Translations under genes and position numbers: made by a program
NCBI GenBank assembly: GCA_905178155.1
Contig: CAJINV010000001.1
Span: 11,949,832-12,013,831, forward strand
Direction: 5' to 3'
Source: Amoebophrya sp. A120
Lineage: Eukaryota; Protista; Dinoflagellata
Length of the DNA stretch: 64,000 nt
Shown here: positions 26,401-38,573 of the stretch, one piece after another
Layout of the letters: each line of letters opens with the position of its first letter
Position numbering within the stretch: the stretch's first letter is position 1
The notes under the pieces: generated by a model
Databases searched by the model: none
Told to the model about the DNA's origin: nothing
What the model saw: the letters and a program-made list of their open reading frames with translations, nothing else

Positions 26401-26956
26401 GGACAACTACCCGCCCGCCGGAACTCCAGTCATCGCCAGGTTTCTTCCAGGAGTAGGGAGTCGCCACTCTATCCCGAGTCGAACTTGTTCAGAGAAATGC
26501 TGGATAAGCCGGTAGCGAGTATGCTGCACGAGGAGGCGGGCGAAATCGATGGCCGTCGGCGGGGCAGCGGAATTCGGCAGCTGTCCTTCGACGGAAAGGA
26601 GAACAAAGCCGTTGGGAATAACAACCGGCAGGAGCAGAAAAAGTTTTCTGCGGTAGACGTAATGCTGCGTGGCTTTTCCCTACCACCTGATTTGCAGCCG
26701 AAGGAACTGCCGGTATGAATTTTTCGGTTCGTTTTTACCATTATCCGCTATTCAAGAATTGCGTTTGTGTAAGATTGATGTGTGCTAAAATTCGGAGTAA
26801 CACAGTCTTGCTGAAATTATTTTGGTCACACAATAATCAAATCAGGAACACCGTAGCCTTGCGGCGGAGAAGGTGCGGGAGGAAATTTTCACTTCGGACG
26901 ACGACGACTGCAATGACCTGTATGCGGGGTGGCCTGTTAGCAGTGATGCCATGTGA
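23461..26956 (+). CDS. Low-complexity/disordered protein of unknown function, 3 exons (23461-24261, 25525-26712, 26846-26956)
   Basis: Two long ORFs join in frame (QDDTY|YTPGDED) on removal of the 1258-bp TIR element plus one target duplication; final GT-AG intron 26713-26845. Confidence 0.72.
24262..25519 (+). mobile_element. 1258-bp TIR element acting as an intron (long member of subfamily B)
   Basis: Left TATCAATTGTAAAAATGTCTGGGTCTGGAAGA, right TCTTCCAGACCCAGACATTTTTGCAATCCATA; target duplication CGTAC at 24257-24261 and 25520-25524; same TIR as 30290-30554. Confidence 0.92.
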
Positions 26957-28065
26957 AAAGCAAAAACGCGTATTCTGTGCTGATAAGAATCAGTGACCAT
27001 TTTTTGAGTTATTTGGTTTCAGTTTGAATTTTTTTGTCTTGTCTTGTTTCTATCATTCTTGTTGCATTGATTTCATTCCTAACATTGGATAGTTACAATT
27101 GGTTCACTTGCGTTGCTTTTGCAATTTGATATTGCACAAACAATTGGAGTACGTTATTTTTCGTTTCGCGATTGAAAACATAAATCAAAATTGGAGAACC
27201 TAAATGTATTTACACCTTCTTTGAGATTGTCCACACCTCCACACTTGGGCCATCGCTGTTTCAATTTCCTGTATTTACAGAATAGTCAAATTAACCAGCT
27301 CTCGACTTTTCAGCACGAGAAACTGGTGAAATTCGCAACTACTTTGTACAAAACTGCTATCTTCACGTTGTGTATATTTTTGTGTCTAGCTTGCTTTAGC
27401 AGCTTCCAAAACTGTACAATTTTCTGACTTTAGCTTTACGCTTTTGACTTTGAGCACCTCTACGAAAAGAAAAAAGAAACACAACGAGCTCGTTGAGGTT
27501 TTACTCGAATAGAAAGCACACCTCTCGTTGTCGCCGACAAATCTTTGCGGGAGCTCTCTTCAAGTTTCGGGCCTAAATCTGCACTGATTCACTAATCGGA
27601 CAATATTCTTTTCAGCTGTCGGTAGATTCGTTTCGTTCCTCTCCCTATGTGGCTGTCGGTGTATTAATTGGTTTGTTTCGTTCCTCTGCGTATGCAAATG
27701 TTACGTACAACGACAAGTCTGTGTCTTCGTCCGCTCGAGCATCGTTCTTCTCCTCGTGATTTGGCCGCGTAGTCGTCAACGTTCGTTTTCTGATCAATCG
27801 GTCGTCGTCCGCTAATATTCATTCTGGCACCTTCTTCTCAACTTTTTTCTCTTCTGAAATGCAGCCCACAGTGACATTATTGAGGAAGTTAGAAAAACCC
27901 AATGTATCCCATTGGTCTCTCTTTTTAGCCTTCCATCACGCGCCGGCATTTCTATGGAAATAAGCCATAACCTGGCACTTCTCGAATTTCAAATATTTCA
28001 AAACCCAAAGCCAGCAGAACACTACAAAAATTTTCAGTACACTGCAGCACAACTACCACCTGACC

Positions 28066-31000
28066 ATGTTCAGCACGGGCAAGCCCCGCGGCAAGCCCGC
28101 AGCGGGCGCGAAGAAGAAGCTGAAGCACGGGGGTGCCAGCATGTCCAACCTGGCTGCGCTGTACGGCGGCCAGGAGACGGGGAAGGAGGTCACGGAGCAG
28201 GACAAGCACGAGGAGTTGATGCGGAAAAGAAGAAATTATCTGCAAGTCTCCGCCAACAAGGACCGGCAGCTATTTCAGGAAAAAATGCTGCAGTCCGGAA
28301 ACACGGCCTTCAACAGCATGCGGAATGACAGCAAAGACAGCAGCAGCCAGAATGAGACTTTGCCGCTCACTTTAGAACAGGAGTTAGACTATGCGGACAC
28401 GACGGAGCTCAGGGAGCTGTTCGAGGCAACCGATGCCGCCATGGCACAGGACGATATTTTGAGGCGGCTGCAAACCGGGTTGCCCCTCGGGGAGTACCAG
28501 ACGATTTACATTAAAGACGTGGTGGAAGAGGGGGTCAAGCACATGCGGTCCACAAAGCCGCGCAACTGGGCCGAGTACTTGTACGGGCGGGAGCGCGCCG
28601 GTATGCGCGCGAACATGTACATGCCAGGGTCAGCCGCCAGTGGGCAACAGCAGCAGCTACAAGGATTACACCCTGCGCACCATCATTCCCCCGAGCGCCA
28701 GAGCACGATTCCGCCGATCGGGCCTGGTTCAGCGTCGAATGTGCTCAAGGACTTGATCGGTGGGGCGAGCCAAGCAGACCAGGCGCTCTCGCAGATGAAC
28801 GTGTTTATGCAGACCCACGTCGACACGATGGACAGTATCGAGACGCTTTTGAGCGAATTGAACGAAGGCGCCAGCTCCCGCGGCACGGGCCGCGAGACCC
28901 CGCAGCGGCCCAGTCTGAAAATCCCAAGAAGTGCTGCGCGAGAAAGCGGCGGGCTGAACGATGGCTTCGACAACATGAATAAAGCAGGAACTTCCCGCGG
29001 ACAAAAAGCGGTCGGGTGGAATTTGGAACCGCACCGGTTCCGGTTGGACGTGGAAATGGGCCATTTCACGATGAAGAAGCCACCCCGGCACCAGTCCCGG
29101 CTGTCGCACCGCAAGATTTGGACGGCGTTTGACCCGAGCGAAAACATCCAGGCGTGTGTCAAAGGCGAGCCGCACAATTTGCCACGGGACGAGTCCGTGC
29201 TGCATAAGGAAGCGCGGATTCTCGCACGCTTGCAGGAGGACGAGGACCAGCCGGGCATCCCCTACATGTACGCCTTCGGGCTGAACGAGATTTCGAAGCA
29301 GTACCTCCTGGTCACCGAACTGCTCGGGCCCAATCTGGAGCAGCTCTTCGCGCACGAAATTGTCGGACGGAAGGAGGCGTACGGCTTCGACACGAAAACG
29401 GTGCTGGGGATCGGGTTGCAAGCCCTGCGGGCGTTGAGCTACGTGCACAAGTGCAACATTCTGCACCGGGCGGTCAAGCCCTCCAATTTTGCGGTCGGCA
29501 ACGTTACGAACGTTTGGAACAAGAAGTTGATTTACTTGTTGGACTACGGCTGGGCGAAGGATCTGGGACCTGTTGTGGAGGCGCAACGAGAAAAGGATCG
29601 CACGGAGAATATCAAGAAGGAAGGGGTAATAAGTTTATACTTGTTTCTAATTGTTGATTTTCATCACACATGAAAATAAAGGCACCGTCGGCATGAATGA
29701 AATAATTGGGGATATCAGCACTAGCATTGCTTGCAAGAGACCAACTTGTAAATTTCAATTTCAAACGACACCAGGAGCTTTTGAAGCGGCGGGGCGGTGG
29801 TGCGTCGCAGCAGGAGCAGAAAAGCAACGCTGGAACGTCGATCGTTGACGGCGGGCCGACGGGCGACCCGGTCGACGGCCCTCCGCAGAACCAGTTTGTC
29901 GAGCTGCCCAACATTGCCGACTGGCCGAGGTACCGCGAGGTCGCGAAGCGGACGAAGAAGTCCTTTCACGCCGATGACGATTTGATTGCCGTCACGAAGG
30001 ATTTGCCGTACAACAATCACGTGTTGTTCGCGTCCCCCCAGGCGCATCGCAACCAGCTAAACGCCACGTGGCGGGACGACTACTGCGCTCTCGGGTACAT
30101 GATGGTGTATTGGCTCTCCGGCGGCTCCCTACCCTGGTCGGATCGCATTTCGGAAGAGAATCTCTTTCCCGAGTCCGCCCGGTTTTTGAACCTAAAAGCG
30201 AAGGCGAAAAGGGAGAGCGAGCGGAAGCACTTGCACCACCACCGCGGCCACTCCGCTGGGTCGGACGGCAGTCGTGGCAACAAAGGAGCTATCAAATGCA
30301 AAAATGTCTGGGTCTGGAAGAATGCATGTTTGTCATGCTCGTCTGGCATGACTCTTAAATCTGTCATGCACGTTACGCGTTGTTGTTGGGCCAACAGCCC
30401 CATTTTCTGTCATGCACAAACGCAGTTTGTCATGCAGAATAGGCAACATCTAGAAGCTCAGAAACCTGTCATGCTGAGCCAGCACTTGTGGCTTCCTCAT
30501 AATATGCCACCCAGCATCACAAGTTTCCAGACCCAGACATTTTTGCATTCCATAGGAGCTGGGTCCGAGCAATCCGATTCCTTCTCGACCACGTCGGATG
30601 ACCGAAACAATCTCGACGAGGACCTGGATCTGCCAAATAACAACCTGACCCATGAAGACGACGAGAACGACCTCGTCACGCCGGATATTTTCCGCACTGC
30701 TTCCGCGGTCTGCTTCGCCCCGAATCTGCGCGATAAGGACGATCAACCGCCGACCTGGCCGTTGCCTCTGCAGCAGCAAATGCGCGGCGACCGAATCCGG
30801 GCCAAGGAAGTGTTGACGCTGGTTACTCGCCGCAGGGTGTTGCAGGAGATCGAAGCGGCGAAGACGTCCACCACGTGGACGAAGGTGTGCCAACCCGTGC
30901 CGGGGAAGAAGATGCGGGCCAAGTTCATTGAGTTTTTCCGCTACGTGTACGAGGGTCGGGCGATTTCCTCCACGATTGACATGGGCGGCCACGACAGCGA

Positions 31001-31873
31001 CGACAGCAGCAGCGAAAACAAGGGCAGCGTCGACAGCGGCGGGGGCGGCCGGATCGTGAACTGGGCGCAGCTCTTGCCGATCGTCAATTGCGACTCGCCG
31101 TGGACCATGCACGCGGAACAGCACGCGTTCGACTGCAACGTGCGGGTCAAGCACGACACCGAGAAGCTGGAAAGGTACTTGCTCGAAATGGCGGAAGGAA
31201 CCGAGATGGACTTGTCGCAGCCCGGGTTTTGCTGGGACGACGACTACCATGGGCCAGCGCACGCGAAGCAACGGCGCCCCAAGGTGCTCGAGAAAAAGAC
31301 CTTCCCGAAACAGACCTTCCCGAGTTACGTGCAGCGTGCGTGCGTGCTGCGTCACGACCAGATGCACGGCCGGGTACACCGGGTGCTCGACTGGGAGCGG
31401 GAGCTGGGCGAAGCGGAGGAAGCAGCATGGAACAAGCATCTAGCGTATTTTTTTGAATGGTTTTTGTTTTGTGAATCATTTGTTTTGGTGAGGGTCAAAA
31501 GATTAATACTTCGCGAAGAATGATTGCACAGGATGAGGGTCGTGTCGTGATATGTTGACTTCAGAAATTTGCTGTCAAAATCGATCCAAAAAAAAACAAC
31601 AGCCTGATCCAGAAGTGGGCCCAAGCGAAGACGCCAGCCCTGGCCTTCAGCATGCAGAAGCGAAGCAACCCAGTGAAGCGAAAGTCTCTCGTGCCCCTCA
31701 AAAGACAGACCGACCTGACGACTAGTTTTCAGGCCTTCCGTGACAGCCTCTATGTTCCGCTGGAGATGCGGCAGAGCTACTACGAAAGCCAGCAAGCTGC
31801 CGCCGCTGAAGCCGCGGCGGAGAAGGCAGCGGCCGACGCCGCCGCCGCACAGGCAGAAACTGAAAATTCATGA
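28066..31873 (+). CDS. Casein kinase 1-like protein, probable pseudokinase, 4 exons
   Basis: LHKEARIL, GIPYMY, LVTELLGPNLEQLF, LHRAVKPSNF, IYLLDYGWAK, FASPQAH, WRDDYCALGYMMVYWLSGGSLPW; introns 29626-29774 (GT-AG), TIR element 30290-30559, 31445-31602 (GT-AG). Confidence 0.85.
30290..30554 (+). mobile_element. 265-bp TIR element acting as an intron (subfamily B)
   Basis: Left TATCAAATGCAAAAATGTCTGGGTCTGGAA, right TTCCAGACCCAGACATTTTTGCATTCCATA; target duplication GGAGC at 30285-30289 and 30555-30559; five internal TGTCATGC motifs. Confidence 0.92.
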
Positions 31874-32562
31874 TGACTGTTTTGCGGGCCTCTTTGTGGG
31901 CATAGTCATTGCATCATTGTTTATTCATTCCCACCCTTGATTTCTTGTGTTGAGTTTGAAATATTTCATAACCTGAAGTTTTCAACACCTCGTAGTATAT
32001 TACGGTATCTGAGTTCTCTGAGCAGGAGGAGATTTAGAACACACCCAACTCGTATACAGAAAACGAAGGTTCCTTTTTGGACTACCCAATTTTCGATTTC
32101 CAGGCACTATCGTCTGCTGAAAATTTAAAAAAAAAGAATCCCAGATCGCAACCTGGTCTGAAAGTGCACGCTGTCACGCAGTGTGAGTGTTCGTTTGAAA
32201 AAAACGAGGGAGGATGTTGCAATAATCACGCCGCCTAAAGGCAGTAATAGCAAACAAAAGGTGCGAGTGGAACGGCTCGAAAGGACGAAAAAACGATTGA
32301 TCTTGTACTCAATCAGGTCCCCCCCGCCCCCTCCCTCCGGTTTATGTCGATAGGTAGCCTCTGTAAAAATTGCCTCGCGTATAATGTACGTAAAGGTACT
32401 GTAGATGGTCTTTCGGTAAAGGTACGACCCCTCGCCGCGGTCATGCCCAGAGAAATACAATCACAATCTGGAACACCTCTGGTGGCTGCACATCTTCTCT
32501 TGCCCCAAGTTACATAGCCATGTTGAATCGACTTGGATTTCTTTGACATTGGATTCATCAAA

Positions 32563-34491
32563 ATGGCTGCTTGTGCGGCGCCGCAGCCAAAAGCCTGGCC
32601 TGACTTACAGCAGGTCCGGGTGGTGGTCATTTTTGCTGGTGAGGAGGAGGAAATTTTCGCGACCGCGGATTCGAACGAGTGCCTCGAAACTGTTTGGGAT
32701 GAAGTACTGGCAAGAAGCGAAGAAAGATTTTTTCCAGACTTTCGGTCGCCCGACGGAACGCTAGTGTGTGAGCCTGTGTTTATAAACAGAAACGGCAATG
32801 GTGCTTCAGCACCCGGTGGAGACGCCGAAAAAGACATCGTCAATCTGGAAAGAGATGGAAACCGTTGCCTCTCAGAATTCTTACCTGTAGATCCGAATCT
32901 GAGATCTTGTGCTCCCGACGAGCAGGAGGGAATAGTCGAGGGGCTCGAGGAAGACAATTTCGACGATTGCTCCCCAGCACAAGAACACGCACAGCATGAA
33001 GACACAAGTCAAGAACCTATCGTACCCCAAGTGGAATTTCTTCTCGTCCTTCGAGGCATTCAGGTGCTTGTGTCCTGGGCAGAAAACGTTTGTCTTGACG
33101 GCGCCGCGTCTTTCACAGACCCCCGTCCCGCCGGGAGCTGTCTGCTGGAGGCCCTGGAAGCGTCCGATTTCAAAATCGGGGATGAGCCCGTGTTTTTTGA
33201 CTTTCGTCCGATTTCCATCTTTGGCGGCAGGCGAAAGCAGGACCAGACCAGTAGATTCGAAGCCTCGCCGCGGGAACCACGCGGAGTCTTTGAGCGAACC
33301 GGGAGCAGAGATGGCGAAGAACCACGTTCAGAGGATTGTTCGCCGTGCTGGGTACCAAACTATTGGTCCTCGGCGCTGGAGTGGGAAGTAGAGAAAGCGC
33401 CCGACCACGACCGAGAGGAGCAGTCACGAGACCGAATGCAACACGCGGCCTGGGTACCAAGCTTTGCGCGCTTGCTCCAAAACCTCCAAAGGCAACACTT
33501 GGCTTCCTCGCAGTTCCGAAGCGCGGTAGCGGACGACTATTTAGGTCGGTATGCGGCCATCATTCTTTTAGGTTACGACGATGACTCCTGGTTTCAGAAC
33601 TCGCCTGCCAACGCAGTGAAGGCGCAACGCGCGCTGCTTAACTACGTGGAGCGAGGAGGATTATTGCTCCTCGAGGGGAACTTGATGGGCGAGAGACCGC
33701 CCGTGGACCACGTGATGCGGCGAAATCGCCGGCTGTACGGCCGACCGGTGGGTGACATTGCTGATAAGGTCAATAGGCCCTCCGTGCGGGACGAAGATGC
33801 ATCGCATAATTCGGACGCTGAGGAGCAGCCGCATGGTGCCGAGCCTCAGTCGACAGAGAGCACGGATGGAGGAAGAGACCACGCTTTAGTAGCAGACGCG
33901 AGGGGTCGAGCCAAAAGTAACCGGGATTCTACTACCAGCGGGGGCAGGCACAGGGATGGTTCAGTCGGTTCTCATAGGCTCGGCATCAGCCGCTTGCGGG
34001 ATCTTTTTAAGCTCGAGAATGTCTGGTCGAACGGGGTGCGGACCCGTTTACCGATAAAGCCCGGCATTGTGCAGAATCCGCGGGACAGCAAGCTGTTTGC
34101 GACATTTTTTGGCGAGTCCACGCTGGAAAGTTTGAAAACTAATGACCAGAAAATGGTGAAAAAGGAAAACGAGAACTTGCTCGATCTTGACCTCCCGCGG
34201 TCTTATTGGTGTATCGCATTCGAAACCGATAGGGAAGCAACGCTCTTTGAAACGTCGGCTTCAGACACGGTAGCGAGAAATTTGATGCCGACCTGCGCGG
34301 TCGGGCTTGGGTATTTGGTCCACTGGTGCGATGCTAGCAATGCGGCAGAGGTCTGGGGTCCCTGGAGGGCGTGGGACGTGCTGCTGAGAAGCTTGATCGC
34401 GGGTAAGATTCTGTCGGAGAAGGGACAGGGCATGGACGCAATCGCTTTTCACAATCAGCAGAAGCAAAACCATAGAATTTCAGATCAGTAA
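32563..34491 (+). CDS. Hypothetical single-exon protein, possible class I glutamine-amidotransferase-like alpha/beta segment
   Basis: ORF of >640 codons in the cluster orientation; segment YAAIILLG...ALLNYVERGGLLLLEG resembles GATase1-like folds (weak). Confidence 0.68.
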   Translation: MAACAAPQPKAWPDLQQVRVVVIFAGEEEEIFATADSNECLETVWDEVLARSEERFFPDFRSPDGTLVCEPVFINRNGNGASAPGGDAEKDIVNLERDGNRCLSEFLPVDPNLRSCAPDEQEGIVEGLEEDNFDDCSPAQEHAQHEDTSQEPIVPQVEFLLVLRGIQVLVSWAENVCLDGAASFTDPRPAGSCLLEALEASDFKIGDEPVFFDFRPISIFGGRRKQDQTSRFEASPREPRGVFERTGSRDGEEPRSEDCSPCWVPNYWSSALEWEVEKAPDHDREEQSRDRMQHAAWVPSFARLLQNLQRQHLASSQFRSAVADDYLGRYAAIILLGYDDDSWFQNSPANAVKAQRALLNYVERGGLLLLEGNLMGERPPVDHVMRRNRRLYGRPVGDIADKVNRPSVRDEDASHNSDAEEQPHGAEPQSTESTDGGRDHALVADARGRAKSNRDSTTSGGRHRDGSVGSHRLGISRLRDLFKLENVWSNGVRTRLPIKPGIVQNPRDSKLFATFFGESTLESLKTNDQKMVKKENENLLDLDLPRSYWCIAFETDREATLFETSASDTVARNLMPTCAVGLGYLVHWCDASNAAEVWGPWRAWDVLLRSLIAGKILSEKGQGMDAIAFHNQQKQNHRISDQ

Positions 34492-35151
34492 AACTGGCGA
34501 CATCTACTGTGTATTCAAAGCATCTCTCTTCTGCCTCCGCGCATGACGAGGCGAGCATAATATACACCGATTGATGGTCAAGGCAGGATGCGGACGCTCC
34601 TTTCGTCAGGCAGACGCCACTGCAATTTGCATACTGAAATGTTCTACCTAGTACGGATTGAACACTAGTTTTTGCATCATTCTCCTCATGAATCGATTTC
34701 GTCACACGAATTCACTCATCCGTCCTCGGTTGCCACTGTGATTTTCACATCAGAGATTCGGAACACGATCGGTTGCGAAGTTCTGGTATTGTCGCCCGTG
34801 ACGGGTTCGGTTCGTTCTGCATGTCTTGAGCTTTCTAAGCTGACTGCTGTCGGTCGATTCGTACACTCACTTTAATCGTTGTCGTTCAACCTGTTCCTGA
34901 TTCGTCCAGTTTTCGTTCTTTCGCTTAGGCTTAGCCAAGTCAATCTCGTGTACAACCCCGAAGATTTCTTGATTTCTGATGCCATCTTTACAGGACTCAT
35001 TCTCATGGTGTCGCCAATGACCTATTAAGGATGTAGAAGTACAAGTTTCATCACTGTAAGAACGCTAGTACTTCTACCGCTTTCGCACCAAGAGTAAGTA
35101 CTACAGGTAGTTTCACAGCTCCATCGAAGGACTACCTCTTATCCCAGCACC

Positions 35152-38100
35152 ATGCCGAAGGTTTTTTGCGCGCAGTGCGAGAAGCAGATCAAGGGCCGCT
35201 ACTTCCAAAACAAGGAAGGCGCCTCCTTGTGCCGCGACTGCGCCGAGGGGAATGCGGGGTCTTGCTTCGTGTGCGGCGAAACCATGCTGGGCTCTTCGAA
35301 GGGGTTGAAGATCGACGGCAAGCCCATCCACCGGGAGTGTTTCAACTGCGTCGATTGCCAGGAGCCGATCGGGGAGTCCGGGTTTCAGATGAAGGCCCGA
35401 TTGTGTGTGGACGAGTCGAGACGGGAGCTGTTCACGGATAAGGACCTCGTCTGCTCCAAGTGCGCCAAAAAGTTTAGGAAAGCGGAGAAAGCCTTGCGGG
35501 ATCAAGAGCACCCCGGAGAGGAATTGCCCGAGGAGCCGCCGGTACCCGAGGGCGGGGAAATGATGCACGAAAAGCGGATGAGCCTGCAGCTGCAAGAAAT
35601 GAACGAGGCGGTGATGCTGGCGGCGGGAAACGCCAATGCGCGACCAGTATCCGGAGTGTCCGAGGAGGCGGGCGATGCTGATGCTGCGCCTGAGCCCGCG
35701 CCGGCCCGCCCTCGGGGTGTGAGCCACCAGAAGCGTGACCGCGCAAGCGGAGTTTCAGAGGAAAGAAAATCAGTCTCCCGGGTAAGCCAGCGGCTAGAGG
35801 CAATGAATGAAGCAGTAGTGATGGCCGCTGGAAACCCGAACGCACGGCCAGTATCTGGAGCTTCAGAGGAGGCAGACGCAGACCCCGCTCCTCAGGCGAG
35901 AAAGTCAACGACGAAAAGGTGTTTACTGTGTGATGTTTTTGTGTTAATAAACAAGTCAGTGCATTTTTCTCTTGTTTTCGCTAGATGCGACTTCATGATA
36001 GATTGATTCTATCGTACGCAGGTGTTGAACGCCAGTGAGCAGTACTTACTTGTGTTTGAGTCCATGAAATGAATTCCAACAACTGTCCACAGTTATTACG
36101 AGGCTGGCGCGGCCGCCAGGAAGAGCAGTAAACTAGCCGCAAGTGTACCCAGCCAAGACGAGGAAAGGCTTTCCGGCAAGCTTCGCGCGATGCAAGAAGC
36201 CGTGATCACTGCAACGCCGCCACCGGCGAGCCAGGAATATCCGGATGTGGACTTTGACCACCGTGCGTCAGGCGCGGCATCGAGGGCATCGCGGAAAAGT
36301 AAGCAGTCGCAGTCGACCGTCAACACCTACACAGAACTACCTTATCCAGGCAGCGCTGAATCCACCAACTACAATCCCCCGTCGCGACCGTCCACCCGTC
36401 CGTCCCACGCTTCGGGCAAAGGAGGGAGTGTCAACAACATCGTGTGCGCGTTGTGCCAGAAGAAAATCAAAGAGGGCGATGAGACGTGCAAGACCGGCGC
36501 TGGCGTTGTCTTTCACAAAGCCTGCTTCACCTGCACCAAATGCAAGACCTCGATTTCCGGCTCTTTCGTCCGCGGGAAGGACGGGAAATTGATCTGTCAG
36601 AAGTGCGTCCCGGTGTGTGCGGGCTGCAAAAAGCCGCTGTCGGGCCAGGTGTTGGCCGTCGGTGATAAGGCCTACCACGTGTCGAACCCGGTCGACGGAA
36701 GCTGCTGCTTCAAGTGTCACAGGTAAGTACAACGGAATCTATTTCCCTCACGCCGGTGGTTTGTTTGGTTCTCCACTTCAGAATAGAAATAAAGTCATAC
36801 ATGATAGATAGGCATCGTGGCCCTGAGGTGGACGGTACGAAGGCAGTCATAGCTCTGACAAGGACAAAGTGACTCGACTGTGAGTGATTACTTACATTGG
36901 TTTCGACGAATCCTAAGATCTATCGTTTGATTTTAACAAAACAGCTGTTCCAAGTCCCTGCTCGCTGGTTACTTCGACGACCCGCAGGACGAAGACCGGA
37001 AACTGTGTGCCACCTGCTACGGCGGTGCGCTCGAGGACGAGGAGAACGCCAAGCACCAGGAGGAGGAGGCGCAGCAGCGGGAAAGCAACCAAAAGCTGGA
37101 GCTGTACAATGGCTGCGTTTGGTCCGATGGGTTCCGCGGCCGCAGCGCGGACGTCGCGAACTTGTTCTCCACGGCGGGAGCCGGTGTCGTAGAGGGAAAG
37201 ATGTGCCTCTCCTTCAACGAACAGGCTGGCGAGAGCGCGGCTGCGTTGAATGTGATCCAGCTGACGGATCCGACGAAAAATAGCAACGCCGTCGTGAATC
37301 TGGAATACCTCGTTCTCGCCGCTCAATTTTTCAGTGCGAATGATGATGCCGAGCCGATCTTCTCGCTGGACCCCTTCGACCCGGAAGACATGGGCGGGCC
37401 GTACCAGGTGAAGAAGTTTGTCCCGAAAACCATGGTGGAAAGCAGTTTCGGCGAGGTCATTTTCCAGGCGGACTACTTTTTGAAAAAAGCGTGTTTCGGA
37501 GAGATCGAAATGCCGGAAAGTTTCGGCGCCACATTGTTTGACATGCTGGACGAACACCCGCTGGACCACTCCGGCGTGCGGCAGTGGTTTGTGATTGAGA
37601 ACGCGTCCGTCTCGATCGGTCCCAACGGGGTGCTGGTCCCGGACTGCGAGCTCGCGGTTGAGGCACGGGAATTCCGATTCGACCAGAATAGTGGCCGCTA
37701 CCTCGACAAGCACGACTTTGACCGCGCCGAAGACGACATCGCGACCGTGCACGCACAAAAGTTCACCGAGCACATGGAGGACATCATGGCGGTGTCGCCA
37801 GAGCTGCAGGAATTGATGCAGGTATATAAAACTCGTAGATTGTTTTGTGTGTCATTGAATTGAACTGATATGTTTTGGATGGACCAACATTGTGCTATCA
37901 CGACAGACTGCAGAAGATTATAATGATGAATCACTTCATCTTCGGAAATTATCGACACAGGTTGCGAAAGCCATGGTTTTGGTAAAGTACCTTTGCACCA
38001 GCAAAAAGCTGAACGTTACGGGCCCCGCGCTGCGCTACGGGCCGAGGTCGGTCCTTGACGAGATCAACCGAGTACGAAAGCAGAACCGATTAGACAAGCT

Positions 38101-38320
38101 AGCGACGTACCAGATGAAGATTCCCACCCTGACGAAATACGCAAGCGTGACTGCCGTGCAGGAAGATTCGAAGAGAAACACAATAACGAAAAGCCAGGTG
38201 CACCAGACCGTCTTTGGCGGCATCGATCTGGAAATAGGAGAAATCGAGGAAATAGTACTGGCCGACCCGGTACCCACAACGGGTCAAAAAATCGCTTTTG
38301 CGTTTGCCACACATACATGA
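35152..38320 (+). CDS. Multi-LIM zinc-finger protein with an uncharacterised C-terminal globular domain, 4 exons
   Basis: Repeated CxxC...HxxCFxCxxC...CxxC patterns; GT-AG introns 35919-36092, 36723-36944 and 37822-37960 are all phase compatible. Confidence 0.88.
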
Positions 38321-38529
38321 ATTATTTTTTTTTGGGGGGTCTTCGACTGCTCAGTGGGAGTCGTGTTTTTACGCTAGATACGGTTCTTCATATTTGACTT
38401 TTTTTGATGTTTATCACAACATACTTACATGAAGATGATCGTGAACCACGCGTATTTCGACCGAAAGGCACTGGCGAGCAAAACTGCTTGTATCGATCCC
38501 GCCACTTACTTTGGATGCCGACCCCGTGT

Positions 38530-38573
38530 CTCATTTCCAAGATACGCGAACTTCGCGATGTCTCGCAGTTTTC
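38530..38573 (+). repeat. 44-bp palindromic direct repeat, left copy
   Basis: CTCATTTCCAAGATACGCGAACTTCGCGATGTCTCGCAGTTTTC; 42/44 identical to 39789-39832. Confidence 0.9.
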
